A DNA stretch of 7,186 nucleotides from a virus (IMGVR_UViG_2778260995_000005), one strand, 5' to 3'; counted from the stretch's first letter, positions 1 to 6,487 are shown. Numbers and translations: made by a program. Notes: generated by a model not told the origin, from the sequence alone.

Positions 1-413
1 TTCGGTACCACACAACCGGGATCGACGGGCAGCAGTTCAGCCACTTCGCCAAATGCTTTCACTTTGTAGGCGTAAAAATTTCCCCTCAGACACAGACAGG
101 TGACCACCAGCTCCCAGAACTCCTGCGGCGTCATATAGCTATTGGGATGCGTGGAGATCAGTTTATGCAGACGTTCGCCGGTGGCTCTCTGCTTCAGGCT
201 GCCGTTCAGGTGATACAGATTGCAGGGCAACATCCCGACCGACTCTGCCAGCACTCTGACGCAGGAAAAAACCGCCGTCAGTCGCATGGCTCGCTGACTG
301 CTGATCTGCTTTCCGGTATAGGTGTCGTAGGACAACCCGATGGCATCCGCCAGCTCTGCTGGCGTGGTCACCGGTGCGTCACTTTTTCGTTGAAATAATC
401 CCGAAAAGAACAC
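1..413 (-). CDS. Portal protein, HK97-family, N-terminal part (gene continues past window start)
   Basis: Absent from the ORF track because it has no in-window stop. The minus-strand frame is open from GTG at 413..411 to position 1, bounded upstream by an in-frame TAA at 419..417. Translation [85 protein letters not shown]... has the AVFxCVRxLAE-type N-terminal region I associate with HK97-family portals. A GGAGG Shine-Dalgarno sits 6 nt upstream of the GTG. Position directly downstream of TerL is the canonical portal slot. Confidence 0.7.
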   Translation of the reverse strand, partial: MFFSGLFQRKSDAPVTTPAELADAIGLSYDTYTGKQISSQRAMRLTAVFSCVRVLAESVGMLPCNLYHLNGSLKQRATGERLHKLISTHPNSYMTPQEFWELVVTCLCLRGNFYAYKVKAFGEVAELLPVDPGCVVP

Positions 414-595
414 TATTTACCTCCACCAACAGACAGCTGTGTACGGTCGAGATATCGCGCCACCAGCCACGACCAGAACAGGCACAACGCCCCGGCAACA
501 ACAAACCCCGCCGGGGGATAAATCAGCCAGGCACCATACGCCAGCAAAAGCGCCCCCAGCACGCCCACCAGAGGCGCGAGAATCAGCATGATCAT
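413..595 (-). CDS. Hypothetical small hydrophobic protein (60 aa, two predicted TM segments)
   Basis: ATG at 595..593 is preceded by GAGGT about 5 nt upstream and lies 11 nt after the TerL stop. Codon usage is host-like and CTG-rich. Sequence [60 protein letters not shown] is almost wholly hydrophobic with a charged C-terminus. Its last codons contain the portal SD and its stop overlaps the portal GTG (TAGTG). No family recognised. Confidence 0.5.
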   Translation of the reverse strand: MIMLILAPLVGVLGALLLAYGAWLIYPPAGFVVAGALCLFWSWLVARYLDRTQLSVGGGK

Positions 596-606
596 AATTA
601 CCTCAG

Positions 607-2340
607 TTAAAGCGAGCGGATCCCATAGGACTCAATGTGGTCAGACAGCGTGTCTTCTTTCTCGTACAGCATGGCTCTGCCAACCGCCATAATCAGCGCA
701 ACTGCACCATCGATTTTGTTTTCCGCCTGCTCTTTGACGGGCTTCACCACATCATCGTTACCCGGAATGGTTTTGCCGACCACGTTGCCGATACACCAGG
801 TCATGATGGGATTGCCATCATGATGAAAGCGCCCCGATTCAATTGCCGCTTCCAGCTCTTTCATCGGGTCGGACATGTTGGTGTAGTTCTGAATGATAGT
901 GATGGGGTTCAGGTCTTCATCAGCAAGGTCATGTGAGAGCCCGGTCGCCCCGAAGGGGTCGATGGGTGACTCGCTGACCGGGCTGATTTTGTTCGCCGCT
1001 TTGGCCTCTTCGAGGATGTAGCGATAATCCACCTCCGCACCATCGGTAACGGTCAGAACGCCCATTTCCACCCATTTCTGAAAGCGTTCGGCTGTCCGGC
1101 GATCTTCATTTTTCTCGACGCTGTACACCGTGTCATACGGTACCCAGAAACGCGGGGCTACACTGTAGTAATGCGTTTTACCGTCAATCTCGCGGGTATA
1201 AAGTCGCGCCATGCTGTTCATATCCAGTTTACGCGCCAGGTCAAAGGCCAGAATGCACGGCTGCCCCTCGAACTGCTCAAGGGACAGTGATTTATCCTCG
1301 CAGCTCTGCCAGCTCACCAGGTTGAAATACGCCGAACGCGCCGACACCCAGATATTGAGGTGTTTTGTTTTAAAGACGTTTGCCAGACGGGCGTTATTTT
1401 TCGCACGCTGCTGCTGACTTAACAAAAATTCGCGATAAACCGACACGCCAATATTTGGATTGGCTTTTTCCAGCACCTGCGGGTCGGTCCAGTCGTCACC
1501 TTCATCAACGGTATAGATGATCCCGAACAGTTCATCGTTAGGCACCGAGCCGTTGAGCATCTCGATGACTTCCCGCCGTTTGTCGTAGCACGGCCCCTCA
1601 ATGTTGTACCCGGCGGTAGTGATAGCCCACATCAGTGGCTGACGTCGCGCCCCCATCCCGGTAAGCATCGTGGTGTAAAGCGCATCTGTGGCGTGCTCGT
1701 GATATTCATCCACCACCGCACAGTGGGGTGATGAACCATCACCGGGGTTACCGATCAGCGGTTCAAAACGCGCACCATCCTCCGGACGGTTCATGTTTGA
1801 GGCGTTAACCTCAATCCCGAACGCTTCCGTCAGCATGGGTGTGCGTTTACACATCAGTCTTGCCGGGCGAAAGACTTCCCATGCCTGTTTCTCTGTCGTG
1901 GCACCGGAATACACTTCCGCGCCGAACTCGTTATCACAGGCAAAACAATACAGGGCGACACCGGCAGAGATTGCCGATTTGCCGTTCTTACGGGGGATTT
2001 CGGTATACACCTCACGGAAGCGGCGCAGCCGGGAGCCTTTATTGACCCAGCCAAACGCGCAGCAGATCACAAAGAGCTGCCACGGCTCCAGCGTGATGGG
2101 CATCCTCTTAAATGCCCACTCACCCTTGGTGTGCGGCAACAGCTGAATAAATTTGGCGGCCCGTTCAGCCAGGTCCTTGTCGAAGCGGTAACGAAACGAC
2201 TTACTTTTTTCCGCCATCAGGTCATCAAGATGGCGCTGGCAGGCCTGAATCACAAACTGGCAGGCCACAATCTTTCCGCGCACGACATCACGGGCATACT
2301 GATTGGCAGCATTTACGTTGGGGTAAGATTTCCGGCTCAT
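607..2340 (-). CDS. terL: Terminase large subunit (HK97-like, Terminase_1 family)
   Basis: 577-aa ORF with a Walker-A-like motif ([10 protein letters not shown]) in the N-terminal ATPase region, and overall size and architecture typical of TerL. Its ATG overlaps the TerS stop as ATGA at 2340..2337. Confidence 0.95.
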   Translation of the reverse strand: MSRKSYPNVNAANQYARDVVRGKIVACQFVIQACQRHLDDLMAEKSKSFRYRFDKDLAERAAKFIQLLPHTKGEWAFKRMPITLEPWQLFVICCAFGWVNKGSRLRRFREVYTEIPRKNGKSAISAGVALYCFACDNEFGAEVYSGATTEKQAWEVFRPARLMCKRTPMLTEAFGIEVNASNMNRPEDGARFEPLIGNPGDGSSPHCAVVDEYHEHATDALYTTMLTGMGARRQPLMWAITTAGYNIEGPCYDKRREVIEMLNGSVPNDELFGIIYTVDEGDDWTDPQVLEKANPNIGVSVYREFLLSQQQRAKNNARLANVFKTKHLNIWVSARSAYFNLVSWQSCEDKSLSLEQFEGQPCILAFDLARKLDMNSMARLYTREIDGKTHYYSVAPRFWVPYDTVYSVEKNEDRRTAERFQKWVEMGVLTVTDGAEVDYRYILEEAKAANKISPVSESPIDPFGATGLSHDLADEDLNPITIIQNYTNMSDPMKELEAAIESGRFHHDGNPIMTWCIGNVVGKTIPGNDDVVKPVKEQAENKIDGAVALIMAVGRAMLYEKEDTLSDHIESYGIRSL

Positions 2341-2831
2341 GATTCGATGATTTTCAGAAACGGGTTAGTGGTTTTCTTCTGCCCCGCCAGGCCAATCAGA
2401 CGCTGACGGCTGCTGGGGTCGAGTCCGAGCATTGCCCCCGTGCTGCTCATCTCGGACTCCTGTTCTTTTTTGGCGGTCAGCTCCGGATTTTTGACCATGC
2501 CGCCCATTGCACCGGTGATGGTGTTGCCCTGTCTGGCAATATTTTTCACGGCACGTCGCCAGAACTCGTAGGCCACGCACCACCGCTCAAGCACCGCGAG
2601 GTCAGTCACGCACAGCAGGCCCTGACCGCAGAGTTCTTTAGTTGTCAGTTGCCACATGATCGTAGCGAGAGGGAGATCTTCTTCAGCGAACCACTCCGGT
2701 GGCTCAACACCTTTGATGGGCGTAAAAACAGGTTCATCTTTATTCAGGGCTCGCTTGCCGGGGTTTCCGGCCAGCGCCTTGCGCGCCGTTGGCTTGGGGC
2801 GACGCCCGGAACGCCCCGCCGTTCCAGCCAT
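2337..2831 (-). CDS. terS: Terminase small subunit (P27 family)
   Basis: N-terminus [34 protein letters not shown] resembles the P27-family TerS signature. Preferred start is ATG at 2831..2829 with AGGAG 8 nt upstream; the track's GTG at 2840 has no usable spacing to an SD. Translationally coupled to terL. Confidence 0.85.
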   Translation of the reverse strand: MAGTAGRSGRRPKPTARKALAGNPGKRALNKDEPVFTPIKGVEPPEWFAEEDLPLATIMWQLTTKELCGQGLLCVTDLAVLERWCVAYEFWRRAVKNIARQGNTITGAMGGMVKNPELTAKKEQESEMSSTGAMLGLDPSSRQRLIGLAGQKKTTNPFLKIIES

Positions 2832-2861
2832 ATGCGGCACTCCTGGTTAAATTTCATTTTT

Positions 2862-2940
2862 CGCGGGTATAAAAAAACGATGGGGCGGGCAGTCCGGAAG
2901 ACGTCAGGTCACAGGGATTTGACCCGCCCCTCCCCTCTGG
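2862..2940. other. Candidate cos/packaging site: GC-rich inverted repeat with adjacent A-tract in the HNH-terS intergenic region
   Basis: Non-coding gap 2841..2956. It contains an 8-bp inverted repeat GGGGCGGG (2882..2889) and CCCGCCCC (2923..2930) flanking a 33-nt spacer with a GACGTC palindrome (2900..2905), plus an A7 tract at 2871..2877. In HK97-type phages cos lies between the HNH gene and terS. On the minus strand the same structure followed by a T-run could instead act as a terminator. Confidence 0.3.
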
Positions 2941-2956
2941 CAGTGGGAACTGGTTC

Positions 2957-3307
2957 TTACTTCAACCGTTCACGGGCCGTCTTCGCCTTATGACACGGCC
3001 AGCACAGGCTCTGCAGATTGCTGTCGGCATCAGTGCCGCCATGCGCTTTAGGGATGATGTGGTCAACGGTTTTCGCCTCACGTACCACACCACCACGCAG
3101 ACATAACTGACACAGTCCTTTGTCACGCTTGAGCACACGTTCACGGATAACATCCCATTTCGAACCATAACCGCGCTGGTGTCTGGACTGGCCCGGCTTG
3201 TATTGCTTCCAGCCTTCACTTTTGTGGCTTTCGCAATAGCCTGACGGGTCAGTTGTGGTATGGCGGCAGCCGCGAACACGGCAGGCTTTTGGGGTTCGTG
3301 GTGGCAT
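2957..3307 (-). CDS. HNH endonuclease (terminase-associated, HK97 gp74-like)
   Basis: Motifs CxxxGC...GYC near the N-terminus and CQLC...DHIIP...N...CWPCH at the C-terminus form a zinc-finger HNH fold. Preferred start is ATG at 3307..3305 (MPPRTPKACRVRGC...) with GGAG 5 nt upstream. The track's longer start at 3376 would read through the terminator hairpin and overlap the upstream gene's stop. Confidence 0.9.
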   Translation of the reverse strand: MPPRTPKACRVRGCRHTTTDPSGYCESHKSEGWKQYKPGQSRHQRGYGSKWDVIRERVLKRDKGLCQLCLRGGVVREAKTVDHIIPKAHGGTDADSNLQSLCWPCHKAKTARERLK

Positions 3308-3316
3308 GCTGGCTCC

Positions 3317-3341
3317 AATAAAAAGCCCCGCGACGCGAGGC
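3317..3341 (-). terminator. Rho-independent terminator downstream of the 67-aa membrane protein gene
   Basis: Minus-strand RNA reads GCCUCGC-GUC-GCGGGGC followed by UUUUUAUU. That is a 7-bp GC-rich stem with one G-U pair, a 3-nt loop and a U-run, about 30 nt after the stop at 3373. Confidence 0.55.
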
Positions 3342-3372
3342 TTAGACAGAAAAAACACCGGATAAGATCTGG

Positions 3373-3576
3373 TCATTCTTCCTTTTTAATAATGACTTCT
3401 CGAGGGCGCAATTGTTGGATAGCACGACAAATACAATATGGAATAACTGCCCATGCTACTCCCATTGCTGCACCTGCAGCCTGTTGTGGAGCACTCTGAG
3501 CACCGAAAACCCCGAGGATTCCTTCAATAAATCCAATAGCACTACACAAAAGACTGATGACCCAGAGAATTTTCAT
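3373..3576 (-). CDS. Hypothetical small membrane protein (67 aa, two predicted TM helices, glycine-zipper-like); moron
   Basis: ATG at 3576..3574 with AAGGAG 9 nt upstream. Sequence MKILWVISLLCSAIGFIEGILGVFGAQSAPQQAAGAAMGVAWAVIPYCICRAIQQLRPREVIIKKEE has two hydrophobic segments, a short polar linker and a charged C-terminus. GC is visibly lower than the flanking terminase and lysis genes. Preceded by a 117-bp AT-rich intergenic region and followed by an intrinsic terminator. Confidence 0.6.
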   Translation of the reverse strand: MKILWVISLLCSAIGFIEGILGVFGAQSAPQQAAGAAMGVAWAVIPYCICRAIQQLRPREVIIKKEE

Positions 3577-3693
3577 AAACCCAAACTCCTTTTAAATAAA
3601 CACATTACTAGGATAATTCTCATAAAATGTTAGTAAAGTATTTTCAGGAAAATAGCGTATCACTGCCTATTTTTGACACTGATGCTGGGATAA

Positions 3694-4068
3694 TTATTCC
3701 GATCGCTGGAGTTGCTCATGATGATACAGAGCGAGAATCAGGTCATAAGACCCTTGCCTGTCTTTGTAACCAGTTTTATCAACCAATTCAGCTTTACTGA
3801 TTCCGGGTAAATCAAGAATCAGATTCGCAACTTCAATTGCCCTTTGGTACAACTTACCGCCTTTTTTCTCCCCATGCAGTGGTTTTACATTCTTCAGGTA
3901 ACCGCTATCCGCCAGGGCGAGAAATGTTGCCCTTGGGCATATCTTCTTTCTTGACGATTCGCTTTCTGTAACCTCTGCGATAGCTGCATCCCATGCATCA
4001 CGAGGAGTCATTGAGCTATCAGCCACCAAATGATAAGCGATTAAAGCAACGTGAGCGTATTGAGACAT
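3694..4068 (-). CDS. Hypothetical soluble protein (~124 aa; 141 aa if the GTG at 4119 is used), unknown function
   Basis: ORF on the late-operon strand immediately downstream of Rz. Preferred start is ATG at 4068..4066 with GGAAG about 5 nt upstream; the GTG at 4119 overlaps Rz by 13 nt and lacks a good SD. No TM segment and no family I can assign. Lower GC than neighbours. Confidence 0.6.
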   Translation of the reverse strand: MSQYAHVALIAYHLVADSSMTPRDAWDAAIAEVTESESSRKKICPRATFLALADSGYLKNVKPLHGEKKGGKLYQRAIEVANLILDLPGISKAELVDKTGYKDRQGSYDLILALYHHEQLQRSE

Positions 4069-4106
4069 AATGCTTCCATATACAAAAATCTTATGATAAG
4101 ACTTTT

Positions 4107-4550
4107 CTAATATGAACACTGTGATCTCACATATTCTTGCAGGCCATTCAATTGGTTAGTTATGGTTTCGATGCGCTCTCTGAGAACGAAATAATCCCGT
4201 TGAGCGGTGTCAGTAAGTCTGGGGCTGGAAGCATCATCCACGCCGGAGGCGGCGGTGGTTTTATGCTTGTCCGGACAGACTGCTTTGACGTGCAGCCACT
4301 TACGACCAGCAGAAACATCAGCACGAAGACTTTCGATAGTCGCGTTAGCATCAGCAAGCTCCTTTGTGTATCTGGCGTCGAGTTCAGCTACATCATGTTG
4401 ACGCTTCTGCATGTCAGCGATGATGGATGTGGCTTTGTCGCGCTGTTCTTTGTAGGTCATGGCGTTATCACGGTAATGATTAACAGCCCATGACAGGCAG
4501 ACGATGATGCTGATAACCAGAGCGGAGATAATCGCGGTTACTCTACTCAT
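4107..4550 (-). CDS. Rz: Rz i-spanin (inner-membrane spanin subunit)
   Basis: [30 protein letters not shown]... closely resembles lambda/phage-21 Rz: N-terminal TM, coiled-coil periplasmic domain. ATG at 4550..4548 overlaps the endolysin stop as ATGA. The track's longer start at 4562 is rejected. Confidence 0.9.
   Translation of the reverse strand: MSRVTAIISALVISIIVCLSWAVNHYRDNAMTYKEQRDKATSIIADMQKRQHDVAELDARYTKELADANATIESLRADVSAGRKWLHVKAVCPDKHKTTAASGVDDASSPRLTDTAQRDYFVLRERIETITNQLNGLQEYVRSQCSY
4160..4351 (-). CDS. Rz1: Rz1 o-spanin (outer-membrane lipoprotein), embedded in Rz in the +1 frame
   Basis: [25 protein letters not shown]...KPPPPPAW...PLNGIIS has a lipoprotein signal with lipobox VVSGC and the proline-rich mature region typical of lambda Rz1. 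ATG at 4351..4349 with AGGAG 7 nt upstream; the track used a TTG two codons earlier. Lies entirely within Rz. Confidence 0.85.
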   Translation of the reverse strand: MLTRLSKVFVLMFLLVVSGCTSKQSVRTSIKPPPPPAWMMLPAPDLLTPLNGIISFSESASKP

Positions 4551-5044
4551 TGTTGCCCCCACAAACAGACTTCACGCTCAATCTCACGGCGAGTCATCAG
4601 CCCTTTCCATTGCTTACCGCCAGCGTATGTCCAGCGCCGTAGCTGATCACATGCGCCTTTGATATCGCCCTGGTTTATTTTGCGAAGAAGTGTCGATGTT
4701 CTGAAATTTCCAGCACCAACGTTGTAAACGAACGAGTAAAGAGCGCCGCGCGTTGTTTCCGGTATATCGACTTTGATGTACGGGTTAATTTGTCTGGCGA
4801 CAGTGGCAAGGTCTTTATTCAGGAGGGCTTTGCATTCTGCTTCGGTATACGTTTTACCGAGCATAATGTCTTTTCCGGTATGCCCGTAACATACAGTCCA
4901 TACACCAACGATATCTTTATATGGTATGTAGCTGACGCCTTCCAGACCATCGTTACCACTTGGGCCAGTGATTAACACAGATGCTATAGCAATAGCCCCG
5001 CCACCAATAGCCGCAGCAACGGCTTTTCGTAATGATGGAGGCAT
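4547..5044 (-). CDS. R: SAR endolysin (phage-21 R21-type lysozyme)
   Basis: N-terminal signal-anchor-release domain [28 protein letters not shown] followed by a T4-lysozyme-like catalytic region (LEG...KD...T). Near-identical by recall to phage 21 R21. Start overlaps the pinholin stop (TAATG). Confidence 0.95.
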   Translation of the reverse strand: MPPSLRKAVAAAIGGGAIAIASVLITGPSGNDGLEGVSYIPYKDIVGVWTVCYGHTGKDIMLGKTYTEAECKALLNKDLATVARQINPYIKVDIPETTRGALYSFVYNVGAGNFRTSTLLRKINQGDIKGACDQLRRWTYAGGKQWKGLMTRREIEREVCLWGQQ

Positions 5045-5259
5045 TATTCACCTCTCGCAGCCTTGCGCTTATCTTCTTTAATCTTGAAATAAAGGTTTGT
5101 CAGGTACGTCAGCAGGCCAAATACCAGGCTACCCAGCACACCTATTGCTGCCCACTGTGAGGGCGTGACTTTATCGAGCAGCTGTAAAAACCAGTAGCCA
5201 GCACTGCCTGCGGAGGTGCCGTAGGCAATGCCCGTTGTTAACTTATCCATAGATTTCAT
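5044..5259 (-). CDS. S: Pinholin (phage-21 S21-type, class II holin) with dual-start motif
   Basis: [71 protein letters not shown] matches S21 by recall. Met1-Lys-Ser-Met4 gives the antiholin/holin dual starts. Two TMDs, the first glycine/alanine-rich and SAR-like. GGAGG 7 nt upstream of ATG at 5259. Confidence 0.95.
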   Translation of the reverse strand: MKSMDKLTTGIAYGTSAGSAGYWFLQLLDKVTPSQWAAIGVLGSLVFGLLTYLTNLYFKIKEDKRKAARGE

Positions 5260-5354
5260 AGCCTCACCTCCGCAAATAACGGATGGTGTACACGGTTCGG
5301 AACGAAGAGGAAAGGTATAGAAGTTACATTAGCGTAAGGCTTGAACATCTATTC

Positions 5355-5386
5355 AAAAAGAAAAACGCCAGCGATTATTCTGGCGT
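5355..5386 (-). terminator. Rho-independent terminator between the AraC-family gene and the lysis cassette
   Basis: Minus-strand RNA reads ACGCCAG-AAUAAUCG-CUGGCGU followed by UUUUCUUUUU: 7-bp stem, 8-nt loop, U-rich tail. It lies about 60 nt after the AraC-family stop and about 95 nt upstream of the pinholin ATG. Confidence 0.5.
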
Positions 5387-5447
5387 AGCTGAAAGCATCA
5401 TACAATTATCAAATACGAAAATTACAAAATCATTAAAACGCATCACG

Positions 5448-6179
5448 TTACATCATGTCTTTTTCTAAAAAAAATCTTGATGAATATTGATGGGGAGGAA
5501 CACCAAAATATCTTCTGAAAACACTCACAAAATATGACGTGTTTTCATAACCGCATATCTCAGCAACTTTTCCAACAGAATATAAATTGTAGCTTAATAA
5601 CCTTTCCGCCATCACCATTCGCTCTTCAAGAATTAACTTACTAAATGATAAGCCTTCGTGCTTTAATTTTCTTTTTAACAGACTTTCACTCAGATACAGT
5701 CTTGAAGATATATCACAAAGTCTCCATGCTGCAGATATATCCGTGTGAATAATAGCCTTAACTTTACTTCCTAAACTATTAAGACATCCAAATAAAAAAC
5801 TTTGCACTATTTTCTCTGAAGATAAGATAGCAAGACATGCAAGTGATATTTGATTTCTAACAAAATCCACAGTTCTGCCATCACAATTCAAGCATGCAAT
5901 CAAGTTCTTTAACAATGAAAAATCTTCACATTCCACCATCAAGTATGCCGGATAAAACCTTCTTACAGAAAAAGGTGAGAGTGTGTTGCTTTTAAAGAAA
6001 TCATTAACTGTTTTCTCTTCAACATCTATGATCATTACATGATCTATATTTGATGAAAAAAAATCTTTTAAATTGTAATCAATGAGAACAGCACTTCCTT
6101 TTTTAAACAAAATATCTTCTTTACCAATTCGGACATCAAACGAGTTCAACACCAAAATGATAGAACATATGTATGGCAT
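5448..6179 (-). CDS. AraC/XylS-family transcriptional regulator (AppY/PatE-like), AT-rich
   Basis: C-terminal paired HTH region (WRLCDISSRLYLSESLLKRKLKHEGLSFSKLILEERMVMAERLL...VGKVAEICGYENTSYFVSVFRRYFGVPPHQY) is typical of AraC family. N-terminus MPYICSIILVLNSFDV...ILFKKGSAVLI resembles AppY-like regulators by recall. Preferred start is ATG at 6179..6177 with AGGTGG 5 nt upstream; the track used a GTG at 6188. Markedly AT-rich coding sequence. Confidence 0.85.
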   Translation of the reverse strand: MPYICSIILVLNSFDVRIGKEDILFKKGSAVLIDYNLKDFFSSNIDHVMIIDVEEKTVNDFFKSNTLSPFSVRRFYPAYLMVECEDFSLLKNLIACLNCDGRTVDFVRNQISLACLAILSSEKIVQSFLFGCLNSLGSKVKAIIHTDISAAWRLCDISSRLYLSESLLKRKLKHEGLSFSKLILEERMVMAERLLSYNLYSVGKVAEICGYENTSYFVSVFRRYFGVPPHQYSSRFFLEKDMM

Positions 6180-6487
6180 ATTATCCACCTGATATCATTG
6201 GGGTTACACCAGGTAAGTATAGGTGGAAAATCAATATTCGCCAGTTCAACAATAAGGAAAATTTCATTGCATCACAAGTATAAAATTATGTATTTAACTC
6301 ACAAAGACAAATTATTAAACCAATCTGTTATATTATATATAGCTGCGTGGAATCATAATATTATATATTTTGACTGGCATGTTTACCAACTTTAAGTTGC
6401 ATCTCAATTGTTTCTTCAGCGTAAACAGAGTTTTTATACAAACTGACACTCTGGGTATCATAGTGTAGTTTTTACGATTGTAAATAT

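Noticed and set aside
147-610. Plus-strand ORFs 147..398 and 374..610
   Set aside because: Antisense to the portal reading frame and to the 60-aa ORF. Translations are Arg/Gln/Pro-rich with no recognisable domain. The minus-strand genes have SDs and family-level resemblance.
637-2406. Plus-strand ORFs inside or antisense to terL (637..936, 1211..1417, 1793..2146, 1839..2045, 2131..2406) and minus-strand alternative-frame ORFs (1419..1601, 1854..2054)
   Set aside because: They lie wholly within the strongly supported TerL coding region, have Arg/Ser/Cys-rich low-complexity translations typical of shadow frames in GC-rich DNA, and lack convincing ribosome-binding sites.
2365-2993. ORFs 2365..2583 (-), 2649..2993 (+) and 2656..2850 (+) overlapping terS and the candidate cos region
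   Set aside because: Alternative or antisense frames of the TerS gene with no SD and junk-like composition. The 2649..2993 ORF also crosses the non-coding inverted-repeat region and the HNH stop.
3308-3376. Longer HNH ORF starting at ATG 3376 (139 aa), which would make an ATGA overlap with the upstream small gene
   Set aside because: The extension (MTRSYPVFFLSKPRVAGLFIGAS) would be translated through the terminator hairpin and T-run. The internal ATG at 3307 has a proper SD and gives the MPPRxPK...C..GC N-terminus typical of terminase-associated HNH proteins.
2962-3499. ORFs 2962..3318 (-) and 3260..3499 (+) overlapping the HNH gene and terminator
   Set aside because: Alternative frame and antisense of the HNH gene. 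No SD, and the translations lack the HNH motifs present in the chosen frame.
3412-3633. Plus-strand 73-aa ORF antisense to the 67-aa membrane-protein gene
   Set aside because: No SD, and a polar low-complexity product. The minus-strand ORF has a consensus SD, two clear TM helices and a downstream terminator. A cis-antisense RNA cannot be excluded, but there is no evidence for one in the sequence.
4137-4975. Plus-strand ORFs 4137..4493, 4207..4401 and 4790..4975 within the Rz/Rz1/endolysin region
   Set aside because: Antisense to confidently identified lysis genes. Only Rz1 (minus strand, +1 frame) is a real embedded gene here.
5294-5303. GGTTCGGAAC, a tRNA T-loop-like motif in the interval upstream of the holin (where Stx phages carry tRNA genes)
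   Set aside because: No flanking acceptor or anticodon stems and no cloverleaf could be assembled by eye, so it is most likely coincidental. tRNAscan-SE would settle it.
5283-5468. Plus-strand 61-aa ORF spanning the terminator and the AraC-family gene's 3' end
   Set aside because: It runs antisense through the intrinsic terminator hairpin, has no SD, and its Lys/Asn-rich product reflects the AT-rich sequence.
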